A DNA stretch of 64,000 bases from Eubacteriales bacterium (GTDB lineage: Bacteria > Bacillota > Clostridia > Oscillospirales > CAG-272), in contig JAZUKN010000014.1 in NCBI GenBank assembly GCA_045643285.1, forward strand, positions 7,772 through 71,771, in the 5' to 3' direction. The notes under the pieces were generated by a model. It saw only the letters and a list, made by a program, of their open reading frames with translations, ran no database searches and was not told the origin of the DNA. A program made the translations under genes and the position numbers. How positions within the stretch are numbered: the stretch's first letter is position 1; every line of letters starts with the position of its first letter. Positions 50,806-60,878 of the stretch are shown here, in pieces.

Positions 50806-52899
50806 ATGCTTTACCCAAGACCGCTTAAATCAAAACTTACAAAAGAATTTCTCACCCTTGATAAGCTGACCGTTTCCGGTGCGTGCGCCGAAACTTTCGT
50901 TGCCGCCGCCGCTTTCCTCGGCTTTGACGCAAAGATCGTTTCGAGATGCCCGAAGATCACGCTTTCCACTGACGAAAACCTCGACGGACTTGACGCATAT
51001 ACCGTAAAAGTCGGCAAAAAAGTCGAACTGATCGGACGCGACGAAGACGCACTCGCACGAGGCGTGTGGACCGTCCTCGGACTCGTCGAAAAGGACGGCG
51101 ACACATATAAGATCCCGTGTGGTGAGGTCAATGACCGCGCGTATATGAAGATGCGCGGAGTTCACCTCTTCGTGCCGGCGGCAGATTCCGTCGAAGAATG
51201 TAAGCGCGTCATCGCAGAAGCGGCACGGCTCAAATATAACACCGTCATCCTCGAAACAGGCGGCGGCGTTGAATTCAAAAAGCACCCCGAAGTCAACCGC
51301 GCGTGGACGAAATTCTGCCGTGATGCACGAAACCACGTCGGCGGTCCGCAGGGACTTCAGGGCTCGCAGGCATATTGGAAAGACTCTACACATGTAGAAC
51401 TTTCCGGTGGCGGTTTTATCTCGCAGGAACAGCTCAGAGAGATCACCGACTACTGCCGTCTCCTCCGTTTGGAGCTTATCCCCGAAATACAGTCCCTCTC
51501 CCACGCATACTACCTCACACTTGCCGATAAGTCTATCGCCGAGCGCCCGTTTGAGGAGTGGCCCGACAGCTATTGCCCGTCGAATCCGAGATCGTACAAG
51601 CTCTACGAGGAGTGCGCCGAAGAGATCATCGACATAATCAAGCCGAAGCGAGTCTCTATCGGTCACGACGAAGTGCGTATTCTCGGCGAATGCCCGCTTT
51701 GCCGTAAAAAGAGCGGTTCCGAGCTTCTCGCAGGTGACATAAACAAGCTCCACAAATTCTATAAAAAGCACGGCATACAGATCATGATGTGGGGTGAAAA
51801 ACTCCAGGATTTCATGAACTTCAAGGGTTGGCGCATGGGCGGTGTCAAGGAAGGTCCGTTCACCGACAGATACGGACGCGACTACATCCTCGATTCCACG
51901 AACGGCGCGCTTGATATGATCCCGAACGACGTTCTGATGCTCGACTGGTACTATTCATGGGGTTACGACACCGAAAAGGACTTCCTCGAACGCGGATTCT
52001 CCGAGATCTACGGCAACTTCCGCGGATCGCTTATCGCGGATTGGGACAAACGCTCGAAGATCGAGAATGTCGTCGGCGCGGAAGTGTCGACATGGTGTAT
52101 GCCCGACGAGCGCGAGATCGGTTACAACGGCTGGTTCTACGAGCTTGCGTTCTCGGCGGCTGTGCTGTGGCGTGACGATTTCTGCGACGCAAAGCGTGAC
52201 GAATGGTCAGACGAAGCTGAGGCAATGCAACCCGTACTGAGACGTGAGCTTCGCGGTTCCGACGACTACGACGGCACGTCAAAGGGACTTAAATCCCTCA
52301 CACTCGCAGACAAAGGCGACAAACAGGCAACACCTGCAAAAGTCCAGCCGTCCGTTGACAGATTCATCGCAAAGAAGATCGCCGACAACGCGCTCGGCGA
52401 GGCGACGGAGCTTGAAGTCGGAAAGAAAGCCGATTCGCTCGTCTTCTTCCACGCGGCAGACAACGCGCCGAAGGACGTTATCAAGACGTGGTACTTCCTC
52501 GATCCGGCACCGAGAATGCCGGCTTCGTATTCCGTCGATTACGAGGACGGGCTGACGATCCGTGTACCCGTGATGTTTCCTCAGATGATCGGCGTATACG
52601 ACTCGACGAGAGAGTTCACACGCCCCGTGGGTGACGAAAACGTGTCTCTCGACGTTGATGACACGAAGAAAGCAAAGGTCAACAACCTTTCTCCGATGTT
52701 CGCGCAGAAGGACGTTTGGCGTGCGACGGCTCTGTATTTCTGCCGCGGGATCGCGCTTGATACAGACGACGGCGAGAAGACCGTGTACGCATACGAATGG
52801 AAGAATCCGAGACCGGAACATAAGATACTCCGCGTCCGCGTGATCGACGAGGGGTGTTCAAAGATGAACGTGCATCTCTACGGCGTCGGAACGGTTTGA
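50806..52899 (+). CDS. GH20-like glycoside hydrolase (beta-N-acetylhexosaminidase family) with extra C-terminal domains
   Basis: 697 aa. GH20b-like N-domain, RGVHLFVP...LKYNTVILE TIM-barrel start, and SIGHDEV resembling the GH20 D-E catalytic pair. GGAGGG RBS. Confidence 0.55.
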   Translation: MLYPRPLKSKLTKEFLTLDKLTVSGACAETFVAAAAFLGFDAKIVSRCPKITLSTDENLDGLDAYTVKVGKKVELIGRDEDALARGVWTVLGLVEKDGDTYKIPCGEVNDRAYMKMRGVHLFVPAADSVEECKRVIAEAARLKYNTVILETGGGVEFKKHPEVNRAWTKFCRDARNHVGGPQGLQGSQAYWKDSTHVELSGGGFISQEQLREITDYCRLLRLELIPEIQSLSHAYYLTLADKSIAERPFEEWPDSYCPSNPRSYKLYEECAEEIIDIIKPKRVSIGHDEVRILGECPLCRKKSGSELLAGDINKLHKFYKKHGIQIMMWGEKLQDFMNFKGWRMGGVKEGPFTDRYGRDYILDSTNGALDMIPNDVLMLDWYYSWGYDTEKDFLERGFSEIYGNFRGSLIADWDKRSKIENVVGAEVSTWCMPDEREIGYNGWFYELAFSAAVLWRDDFCDAKRDEWSDEAEAMQPVLRRELRGSDDYDGTSKGLKSLTLADKGDKQATPAKVQPSVDRFIAKKIADNALGEATELEVGKKADSLVFFHAADNAPKDVIKTWYFLDPAPRMPASYSVDYEDGLTIRVPVMFPQMIGVYDSTREFTRPVGDENVSLDVDDTKKAKVNNLSPMFAQKDVWRATALYFCRGIALDTDDGEKTVYAYEWKNPRPEHKILRVRVIDEGCSKMNVHLYGVGTV

Positions 52900-53387
52900 A
52901 GTAAGAAGTAATAGTGAAGAAGTAGACAAAGTTATGATTGCCTGCGGCAAACGATGATGCTGACGCAGTGATGATACGCTACGCGTAACGATGATTGCGC
53001 TCCGCGCAAGTTTCTTTGATTTTGCACACATAAACGTATGAGCGGCAGCGCGCTGTTACCTCACGGGTTAAATCCTCTTCACTGTCGCACTCGCTTTGTG
53101 ACAAAGGGGAGTCCAACCGAGATGCAAAGCATCTCGACGACTTCGTTTACGAAGTCGGTAGGCGTGAATGTGCTTGCACCTTCCCCCTTTGGCGGGTAGA
53201 TTGACAAGAAGTACGCGAAAGTGATTCACCGAGATGCGAAGCAGCTCGTCGGTTTCGACGAAGTCGAATACCGGCTTGTCCGCCGTCCGCCGCGTATTTC
53301 ATACGCAGGACAAAAACGAACCCAAACGTAAGGTTTGGATTAATTCGGCGGCAGGAGCAACGCGTATACATACGCACTGTCCTACAG
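52895..53387. repeat. Mosaic hairpin repeat, copy 7 (tail overlaps the GH20-like gene stop; head ends at 53387)
   Basis: Starts ttgaagtaagaagtaatagtgaagaagtagacaaag. Then array B, the gagcggcagcgcgctgtta..aaatcctc module, ctttgtgacaaagggg, gagatgcaaagcatctc, gacttcgtttacgaagtc, gtccgccgtccgccgcgtatttcatacgcaggac, aacccaaacgtaaggtttgg, cggcaggagcaacgcgtatacatacgcactgtcctacag. Confidence 0.85.
52932..53008 (+). repeat. Mini-hairpin array B: 4 units (GATGAT-type spacer plus variable triloop palindrome)
   Basis: ttatgat-tgcctgcggca / aacgatgatg-ctgacgcag / tgatgat-acgctacgcgt / aacgatgat-tgcgctccgcgca. Confidence 0.85.
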
Positions 53388-53517
53388 TATAAAGAGATGA
53401 GGTTCGCGCGTAGCCGTGGGGGTTCACGAAATCCAGCGAGACGTCGAGGACGCCGTCCCATACGGTATAATGTAAAAAAATAAAATCTATTGCAATTATA
53501 AAGGAAAGGACAAAACC

Positions 53518-54831
53518 ATGACACAAAATTTCTCTTTCCCGAAAGAATTCCTCTGGGGATCCGCCACCGCCGCTCCGCAGATCGAGGGCGCGTGGAACGA
53601 AGACGGACGTACCCCGTCGATCTGGGACGTCGCACCGTCCGGCAAGATAAAGAACGACGATAACTGCCATACCGCGTGCGATCACTACCACCACATGAAA
53701 GAAGACGTGAAAATGCTCCACGATATGGGTATGAAGTCCTACCGCTTCTCCGTTTCGTGGTCGCGCGTCATCCCCGAAGAGGGAAAGATCAATAAAAAAG
53801 GACTCGCGTTCTACTCCGATCTTGTCGACGAGCTTCTGAAATACGGCATCACGCCGATAGTCACGCTGTACCACTGGGATCTGCCCGTGTGGGTTTATAA
53901 AAAAGGCGGCTGGCTCACGACTGCCATTGTGCCGCTGTTTGCCGAGTACACAAAGGTCGTTGTCGACACGCTCTCAGACAGAGTTACATATTGGTTGCCG
54001 ATGAATGAGCCGAACTGCTTTATCATGGACGGTCACGTCTCCGGTGTACACGCGCCGTTCAAGAAACGCCCGAAGGACGCAGGCAAGCTCACGCGCGTAT
54101 GCCTCCTCGCAAATGCGGAATCCGTAAAGACGATCCGCAAGTACGCGAAGACCGCGCCGAAAGTCGGTATCGCACTGTCCGCAGGCGCGTTTCTGCCGAA
54201 AGACAAGTCCGAAGAGGCGTATAAATACGCAGAGCACGAGTCGTTCTACGAGGGTATCGGCACGTTTGCGAATCGCTGGTGGGCTGATTCACTGCTGAAA
54301 GGCGAGCCGGTCACGTTCGGCGACTATTACACTGGTTCCCGCCTCTCAAAAATGAAAGTCGATCTCGATTTCATCGGACTGAATATATATCAGCCGTTCT
54401 ACGACGGGAGCTGGGGAGAGAAACAGGACAGCGACCTTACCGACGACGACCGCACTTCCATGGACTGGATAATCGACGGTAAAGTTATGTACTATACGCT
54501 GAAATTCTTCTACGCGCGGTACGGTCTGCCGCTTATGATTACCGAAAACGGTATGGCTGACAGCGACAAGGTCGAAAACGGCGCAGTCCACGACAAAAAG
54601 CGTATTGGCTTTATAAAGCAGTATCTCGCAGGAATGAAGCAGGCGATGAGCGAGGGAGTAGAGGTGCTCGGGTACCAGTATTGGTCGCTTATGGATAACT
54701 TCGAGTGGGCGCAGGGCTACGGTCCGCGGTTCGGGCTTGTGCACGTCGACTACGAGACGGAGAAGCGTACGCTGAAGGACTCCGCGCTGTACTATAAAGA
54801 AGTGATCGAGAGTAACGGAAAAATAATCTGA
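53518..54831 (+). CDS. GH1 beta-glucosidase/6-phospho-beta-glycosidase family
   Basis: 437 aa. FLWGSATAAPQIEGA, TLYHWDLP, NEPN, ITENG. Confidence 0.9.
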   Translation: MTQNFSFPKEFLWGSATAAPQIEGAWNEDGRTPSIWDVAPSGKIKNDDNCHTACDHYHHMKEDVKMLHDMGMKSYRFSVSWSRVIPEEGKINKKGLAFYSDLVDELLKYGITPIVTLYHWDLPVWVYKKGGWLTTAIVPLFAEYTKVVVDTLSDRVTYWLPMNEPNCFIMDGHVSGVHAPFKKRPKDAGKLTRVCLLANAESVKTIRKYAKTAPKVGIALSAGAFLPKDKSEEAYKYAEHESFYEGIGTFANRWWADSLLKGEPVTFGDYYTGSRLSKMKVDLDFIGLNIYQPFYDGSWGEKQDSDLTDDDRTSMDWIIDGKVMYYTLKFFYARYGLPLMITENGMADSDKVENGAVHDKKRIGFIKQYLAGMKQAMSEGVEVLGYQYWSLMDNFEWAQGYGPRFGLVHVDYETEKRTLKDSALYYKEVIESNGKII

Positions 54832-54909
54832 CAAAGCAAAGATCCGTGCGGAAGAGAAAAAACCGCACGGATTTTTCTTTGGGGAAAGAAACAAACTTGT
54901 TTTTTCTGC

Positions 54910-55335
54910 ATGGCTACGCACGAAACTCCACCCAATTATCTGTAGGGCAGTGCGTATGTATACGCGTTGCTCCTGCCGCAAATTTGCACTAACCCCACAT
55001 AGCCAAAAGGTAGAAAACGACTTACGTCGTTTTCAATTATATCTATTTGTCCTGTTCGCTTGCGAACGGGCGGACGGCGGACATTTGTCCAAACTATACG
55101 TTTGGCATCGGATTTGTCCTGCTTGTTTACAAGCGGGCGGACGGCGGACAAGCCGAGTTCACTTCGTGAACTCCATGATTCGACGCTCTTGTCAATCACC
55201 GAACCAAAGAAGGGCAAGGACGCTGGCGCGTCAATTTCCCCTCTTTGGAAACTCCCCTTTGTTACAGAGCGTGTACGACGTTTTCGAGGATTTAGGTCGT
55301 CAGTAATAGCGCGCTGCCGCTCATTACAAAGTAAA
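54910..55335. repeat. Mosaic hairpin repeat, copy 8a (head first on the + strand)
   Basis: catggctacgcacgaaactccac; ctgtagggcagtgcgtatgtatacgcgttgctcctgccgc; gaaaacgacttacgtcgttttc (55013-55034); gtcctgttcgcttgcgaacgggcggac; gtcctgcttgtttacaagcgggcggac; gagttcacttcgtgaactc; ccaaagaaggg..cccctctttgg; cccctttgttacagag; taatagcgcgctgccgctcat. Confidence 0.85.
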
Positions 55336-55369
55336 GCGTAGTCACTAATAAATGATAAGTTACGCATAA

Positions 55370-55625
55370 TTCTTGCAATTACTCTGCAACAAAGGGAGTC
55401 CAGAGGGGAATAGGACGAAGTCCCTTCCCCTTTGGCGGGTAGATTCATAAGGAGGCGACGGTCTGCCTCACCGAGATGCGAAGCATCTCGACGAGTTCAC
55501 GGAGTGAACTCGGCTTGTCCGCCGTCCGCCCGCTTGTAAACAAGCAGGACAAATAGATAATTTGAAAACGTCGAAGACGTTTTCTTCTACCTTCTGTCGA
55601 TGTGAAATATGAGCAAATCGTCCAT
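55370..55625. repeat. Mosaic hairpin repeat, copy 8b (inverted relative to 8a)
   Basis: ctgcaacaaaggga; ccagagggga..tcccctttgg; gagatgcgaagcatctc; gagttcacggagtgaactc; gtccgccgtccgcccgcttgtaaacaagcaggac; gaaaacgtcgaagacgttttc (55564-55584); gagcaaatcg. Confidence 0.8.
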
Positions 55626-55693
55626 TTTTCTCTAAAGAAAACCCTTTTTTCCACCCGGCGGAAATATTGCCGCCGAAAAATCTTCCCGATTTG

Positions 55694-55722
55694 TTGAATG
55701 TTCCGTCGTATTATGCTATAAT
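55694..55722 (+). promoter_or_regulatory. Promoter TTGAAT-17-TATAAT (GlpA-like trio)
   Basis: ttgaatgttccgtcgtattatgctataat. Confidence 0.6.
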
Positions 55723-55761
55723 TTATCCGTATAATGATAACAAAACCCTCCGGAGGATATT

Positions 55762-57210
55762 ATGATATACGATGTTCTCATTATCGGCGCAGGCTGCACC
55801 GGCGTTATGACCGCTCGCCTCCTGTCGACGAAAAAATGCACCGTTGCCGTGTGTGAAGCCGGTCCCGATGTCGCAGTCGGCGCAACGTGCGCAAATTCCG
55901 CCATTGTCCACGCAGGCTACGACGCAAAGCCCGGCACACTCAAAGCAAAGCTCAACGTCCGCGGCAATAAGCTCATGAAAGAGCTTGCCGCACAGCTCGG
56001 TGTCGAGATCAAAAACGTAGGCTCGCACGTCGTCGGATTTGACGAAGACGATCTCAAGACTCTGCACGAGCTTTACGACAGAGGTGTCGCAAACGGCGTA
56101 CCCGATATGCGTATCATCGACCGCGACGAGCTGAGACGTATGGAGCCGAACATTTCTCCCGACGCGACCTGCTCGCTCTGGGCGCCGACTGCCGCGATAA
56201 CCTGCCCGTACGGTATCACGATAGCCGCCGCAGACAACGCTGTCGTGAACGGTGTCGATTTTTACCTCAATTTCAAGGTCACTGACGCTTCCTGCGCCGG
56301 AGGAATATACTACATCACAAACGGCGAAAAGACCGTCGCCGCGCGTTACGTCGTCAACTGCGCCGGTGTCCATTCGGCAGAGGTCGCCTCTATCCTCGGA
56401 GAAAACGACTTCCCGATAGAGATCATTCCGCGCAGAGGCGAATATCTCATCCTCGACAAGGAGTGCGGCAATATGGCGAACTCCACGCTGTTCGTCTGCC
56501 CGTCCGGAAGAGGAAAGGGCATTCTCGTCTCGCCTACAGTAGACGGAAACCTCATCGTAGGTCCTAACGCATATCAGATCGACGACGGCGACGACAAGAG
56601 CACTACCGCCGAGGGCATTGAAGAGATCACAGTCGGCGCACACCGCATCATGCCGACAGTCGACACACGCATGGCTATAACATCGTTTGCCGGAGTGCGT
56701 CCTACGCCGAATATTTACGACTTTTACCTCAAAGCGTCGGAGCAGCTTCCGGGCGTCGTCCACGCAGTCGGAGTCGAGTCCCCCGGATTTGCGGCTTCCC
56801 CTGCGACGGCGGAATATCTCGTCGGACTGCTCGGTGAGATAGGCTTCAATCCAGAAGAAAAGCCCGACTACATCCCGACGCGGTACAAGGACGGCAACCA
56901 CAAGCTGTTCAGAAATATGACCGACGACGAAAAGAACGCCGCGATACGCGAAAATTCAGCGTACGGCAAGATAATCTGCCGATGCGAGACGGTCACGGAG
57001 GGCGACATCCTCGACGCGATGAACGGACCGATTCCGGCGCTCACCGTGGATATGATAAAGAAAAGACTTCGTGCAGGTATGGGCAGATGCCAGGGCGGTT
57101 TCTGCTCGCCGAGAGTCGCGGAGCTGATCGCCGAAAAGACAGACGGCACGCTTTCCACCGTCCGCAAAGGCTCGCCGGAAGCGTGGCTCGTGACGGAAAA
57201 GAACAAGTGA
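55762..57210 (+). CDS. FAD-dependent glycerol-3-phosphate dehydrogenase/oxidase-like protein with BFD-like [2Fe-2S] domain
   Basis: 482 aa. YDVLIIGAGCTG dinucleotide fold and C-terminal CRCETVTEGDI...MGRCQGGFC. Confidence 0.7.
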   Translation: MIYDVLIIGAGCTGVMTARLLSTKKCTVAVCEAGPDVAVGATCANSAIVHAGYDAKPGTLKAKLNVRGNKLMKELAAQLGVEIKNVGSHVVGFDEDDLKTLHELYDRGVANGVPDMRIIDRDELRRMEPNISPDATCSLWAPTAAITCPYGITIAAADNAVVNGVDFYLNFKVTDASCAGGIYYITNGEKTVAARYVVNCAGVHSAEVASILGENDFPIEIIPRRGEYLILDKECGNMANSTLFVCPSGRGKGILVSPTVDGNLIVGPNAYQIDDGDDKSTTAEGIEEITVGAHRIMPTVDTRMAITSFAGVRPTPNIYDFYLKASEQLPGVVHAVGVESPGFAASPATAEYLVGLLGEIGFNPEEKPDYIPTRYKDGNHKLFRNMTDDEKNAAIRENSAYGKIICRCETVTEGDILDAMNGPIPALTVDMIKKRLRAGMGRCQGGFCSPRVAELIAEKTDGTLSTVRKGSPEAWLVTEKNK

Positions 57211-57220
57211 GGTGAACGGT

Positions 57221-58507
57221 ATGCACAAAAAGATTATAATAATCGGCGGAGGCCCCGCGGGACTTGCGGCGGCCTCGGCGGCTGTTGATTCGGGCGTACC
57301 GTCGGGCGAAGTTCTTGTTATCGAGCGCGACAGTGAGCCGGGCGGAATACTGAACCAGTGCATCCACGCCGGATTCGGTCTGAAACGGTTTGGCGAAGAG
57401 CTGACAGGTCCCGAATACGCCGGAAGATACATCAAAGGGGCAAAGGAGCGCGGTGTTGAGATACTTACTGATTCAATGGTGCTGTCTCTCACCGACGACA
57501 GAAAAGTCACGTTCGTCTCTCCCTCTCTCGGATATGTGACTGTCACGGCGGACGCGGTGATCCTCGCCATGGGATGCCGTGAAAGAACGCGCGGCGCATT
57601 GAAGATACCGGGAAGCCGTCCGTCCGGTGTTTATACCGCCGGATGCGCGCAGAGACTGCTCAACATCGACGGCTTTATGCCCGGCAAAAGCGTCGTTATT
57701 CTCGGCTCGGGCGACATCGGACTTATCATGGCAAGACGTATGACGCTTGAGGGCGCGGACGTGAAGTGCGTATGTGAAATAATGCCTTACTCGGGTGGAC
57801 TTCAGCGCAATATCGAACAGTGCCTCAACGATTTCTCGATCCCTCTGAAGCTCTCGCACACTGTCGTGCAGATACACGGCAAGGAGCGCGTTGAGGGCGT
57901 GACGATAGCGGCGGTTGACGAGGCAAACGGACGCAGACCGATTGCGGGAACGGAAGAATACATCCCGTGCGACACGCTTCTGCTCTCCGTCGGACTTATC
58001 CCCGAAAACGAGCTGACACGCGGTGCGGGGATCGCTCTCGACCGTGCGACAAACGGCGCGGACGTGAACCAGTTCCGCGAAACACGGGCCGAGGGTATCT
58101 ACTCCTGCGGCAACGTTCTGCACGTTCACGACGTTGTCGACTACGTTTCCGATGAAGCCGACATCGCAGGACGCGCGGCGGCTGACTATGTTCTCGGACG
58201 GAGAGGGAAGACCGTAAAGACCGTTTCCGTCGAAGCCGGAGAAGGTGTCAGATACACCGTTCCCGAAAGGATAGACATAACCGAATCTCCCGACAGCGTG
58301 CGCGTTTTCTTCCGCGTAACAGACGTGCGAAAAAAAGTCACGCTCGTTATCGAATCCGATGACGGCACGGTTCTTGCTAATAAAGCGAAGACCGGAGTTG
58401 CACCCGGGGAAATGGAATCGCTCGACATTCCTGCTGAAAAAGTCGGCTCGCTCGTCGGATGCGAAAAAATAAAAGTATATCTGAGAGAAACGGAGGCGGC
58501 AAAATGA
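57221..58507 (+). CDS. NAD(P)/FAD-dependent pyridine nucleotide-disulfide oxidoreductase family protein
   Basis: ORF 57212..58507. ATG 57221 follows GAGGTG. IIIIGGGPAGLAAA and VILGSGDIGL folds. Confidence 0.7.
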   Translation: MHKKIIIIGGGPAGLAAASAAVDSGVPSGEVLVIERDSEPGGILNQCIHAGFGLKRFGEELTGPEYAGRYIKGAKERGVEILTDSMVLSLTDDRKVTFVSPSLGYVTVTADAVILAMGCRERTRGALKIPGSRPSGVYTAGCAQRLLNIDGFMPGKSVVILGSGDIGLIMARRMTLEGADVKCVCEIMPYSGGLQRNIEQCLNDFSIPLKLSHTVVQIHGKERVEGVTIAAVDEANGRRPIAGTEEYIPCDTLLLSVGLIPENELTRGAGIALDRATNGADVNQFRETRAEGIYSCGNVLHVHDVVDYVSDEADIAGRAAADYVLGRRGKTVKTVSVEAGEGVRYTVPERIDITESPDSVRVFFRVTDVRKKVTLVIESDDGTVLANKAKTGVAPGEMESLDIPAEKVGSLVGCEKIKVYLRETEAAK

Positions 58508-58869
58508 CTGAGAAAAAACTGACCTGCGTCGTATGCCCGTCCGGCTGTAATATCACCGTGACTGTCGACGACGACGGCGAGATCATTTCCGTGAAAGGGA
58601 ACACCTGCCCTCGCGGAAAGCAGTACGCCGAAAGCGAAGTCACAAATCCCGTCCGCACGCTGACCTCGACTGTAACGCTGTACACAAAAAACGGCAGAAA
58701 AATGCTTCCCGTCCGCACCGACAAACCGATACCGAAGTCGGAGCTTATGAACGCAATGGCTTTGATACACAAAACCGAAGTCGCCGCACCGATAAGAGCA
58801 GGCGAGACGCTCGTTTGCGACTTTATCGAAAAAGGCACGAATCTCATCGCGTGCAGAGACGGCGAATGA
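58504..58869 (+). CDS. DUF1667 domain protein (third gene of the GlpA-like trio)
   Basis: ORF 58459..58869. ATG 58504 overlaps the upstream stop (ATGA). LTCVVCPSGCNITV...GNTCPRG. Confidence 0.65.
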   Translation: MTEKKLTCVVCPSGCNITVTVDDDGEIISVKGNTCPRGKQYAESEVTNPVRTLTSTVTLYTKNGRKMLPVRTDKPIPKSELMNAMALIHKTEVAAPIRAGETLVCDFIEKGTNLIACRDGE

Positions 58870-58893
58870 TACTGATTTATTAAGGAACATACC

Positions 58894-60324
58894 ATGAAAA
58901 GAGCATCAGGCGTGCTTATGCACGTTTCAACACTGTGGGGAGATTATTCCATAGGGTCGCTCGGTAAGGGCGCGTGCGAATGGATAGATTTCCTCTCCGA
59001 TTGCGGATTCACCTATTGGCAGGTGCTTCCGTTCTGCCTGCCCGACGAATGCAACTCGCCCTACAAATCGTTCAGCGCGTTCAGCCTCAATCCTTACTTC
59101 ATCGACCTTGACACTTTATGGGAAGACGGACTGCTGACCGAGAGAGAGCTTCTGTCCGCGCGGCAGGAAACACCGTATTCATGTGAATTTGTGAGACTGT
59201 CAAGTGAACGCATGGCACTTCTCGGCAAAGCCGCAGACCGTTTTGACGAGTGGGACAAGGTCGACGCATTTCTCGCGTCTCATCCGCACACCGACGACTT
59301 CTGCCGTTTTATGGCGCAGAGAGAAAAAAACGGCGGCAAACCGTGGCAGAAATGGACGTGCGGCGAAACAGACGAGGACGCACTGAAAGTATGGCGTTTT
59401 TCTCAGTACGAAGTCTTCACACAGTGGAAGAAAATACGCGAATACGCGAAGAACAAGAACATTAAAATTATCGGTGACATTCCGATATACGTCGCGCCCG
59501 ACAGCTCGGACGTGATGTTTTCGCCGAGCCTGTTTCAGCTTGACAGAAACGGCAACCCGACTGGCGTTGCGGGCTGTCCTCCGGATTATTTCTGTGAGGA
59601 CGGTCAGCTCTGGGGCAATCCGCTCTACGACTGGGACAAAATGGCAAAGGACGGCTACCGTTGGTGGAGAGAACGCATTTCGTTCATGGCTGAGCTGTTC
59701 GACGGCATGAGGATAGACCACTTCCGTGCGCTGTCGTCGTATTACTCGATACCGGCGGACGCGGAAAACGCACGGCACGGCAAATGGATGAAAGGTCCGG
59801 GCATGGCTCTCGTGAACGCGATAAAAGAGTCCGCAGGGGACGCGCTCATAATAGCGGAAGATCTCGGCGATATCGACGACGGAGTTCGTGCACTCGTTGA
59901 CGAGAGCGGATTCCCGGGGATGCGCGTGTTCCAGTTCGCATTCTTCGGCGACAGAAATTCCCCTCACCTGCCGCACACATACATAAACAACTGCGTCGCA
60001 TATACCGGCACGCACGACAACAACACTCTCCTCGGATTTATCTGGGAGAACGCCGAGCACCGCGACGAAATTCTCGAATACTGCGGTTACACGTCCCCCG
60101 ATTGGAACAAATGCTACGACACTATCCTCCGCACGATGTTCGGAAGCAGTGCGGGGCTGTTCATTCTTCCCGTGCAGGACGTTCTGCTCTACGGAAGCGA
60201 TACACGGATGAACAAGCCCGGGGAAAGGGACGGCAACTGGTCGCTCAGGCTCACGAAAGAACAGCTTTCGGCGGTCGACAGACAAAAATTCCGTCACTGG
60301 AATGAGATTTACGGACGGATTTGA
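58894..60324 (+). CDS. malQ: 4-alpha-glucanotransferase (amylomaltase, GH77)
   Basis: 476 aa. GVLMHVSTLWG..., GDIPIYVAPDSSDV, WGNPLYDW, IDHFR. Confidence 0.9.
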   Translation: MKRASGVLMHVSTLWGDYSIGSLGKGACEWIDFLSDCGFTYWQVLPFCLPDECNSPYKSFSAFSLNPYFIDLDTLWEDGLLTERELLSARQETPYSCEFVRLSSERMALLGKAADRFDEWDKVDAFLASHPHTDDFCRFMAQREKNGGKPWQKWTCGETDEDALKVWRFSQYEVFTQWKKIREYAKNKNIKIIGDIPIYVAPDSSDVMFSPSLFQLDRNGNPTGVAGCPPDYFCEDGQLWGNPLYDWDKMAKDGYRWWRERISFMAELFDGMRIDHFRALSSYYSIPADAENARHGKWMKGPGMALVNAIKESAGDALIIAEDLGDIDDGVRALVDESGFPGMRVFQFAFFGDRNSPHLPHTYINNCVAYTGTHDNNTLLGFIWENAEHRDEILEYCGYTSPDWNKCYDTILRTMFGSSAGLFILPVQDVLLYGSDTRMNKPGERDGNWSLRLTKEQLSAVDRQKFRHWNEIYGRI

Positions 60325-60340
60325 ACGAAAATCGAATAAA

Positions 60341-60376
60341 GCCGCATTGGTACTTCGGCACCGATGCGGTTTTTCT
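60341..60376 (+). terminator. Intrinsic terminator of malQ
   Basis: gccgcattggtac-ttcg-gcaccgatgcggt followed by ttttt. Confidence 0.7.
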
Positions 60377-60418
60377 TTAGTGAATAGTAAACTCCGCGGA
60401 CAAATTGTCTTGTCTCTA

Positions 60419-60447
60419 TTGTCTTTTCGCCGATTCTGTGATAAAAT
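60419..60447 (+). promoter_or_regulatory. Promoter TTGTCT-17-TAAAAT with extended -10 TG (mrnC-hom)
   Basis: ttgtcttttcgccgattctgtgataaaat. Confidence 0.5.
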
Positions 60448-60477
60448 GGAACAAAATCAGATAAAAACGGGAACACT

Positions 60478-60855
60478 ATGGAAAACGAAAAAGAACTGAA
60501 TCCGTCTCTTATGCCGGCGGCAAATCTCGCGTACCTCGGCGACTCGGTCTATGAGATATACGTCCGTGAGTATCTCGTAAAAAAGAACGTCCGTCAGCCG
60601 AGCGTGGAGTCGCTGAAATACGTCAAGGCTTCTGTGCAGAGCGAGGTCATCGAAAAGATTCTTCCCCTGCTCACCGAGGAAGAAGAAGCCGAATACAAGA
60701 GAGGACGGAACATCGGACATTCGAGTACGCCGAAGTCGTCGACTGCGCTTGAATACAGACGCGCGACGGGACTTGAGGCGCTGTTCGGCTGGCTCTATCT
60801 CGAGGGGCGGCACGAAAGAATACGCGAGCTGTTCGACGCGGCATTCAAAGAATAA
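60478..60855 (+). CDS. mrnC: Mini-ribonuclease 3
   Basis: 125 aa. LAYLGDSVYEIYVREYL and ATGLEALFGWLYL. Confidence 0.85.
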   Translation: MENEKELNPSLMPAANLAYLGDSVYEIYVREYLVKKNVRQPSVESLKYVKASVQSEVIEKILPLLTEEEEAEYKRGRNIGHSSTPKSSTALEYRRATGLEALFGWLYLEGRHERIRELFDAAFKE

Positions 60856-60878
60856 AAATGAAAGGAATGGTATCAAAA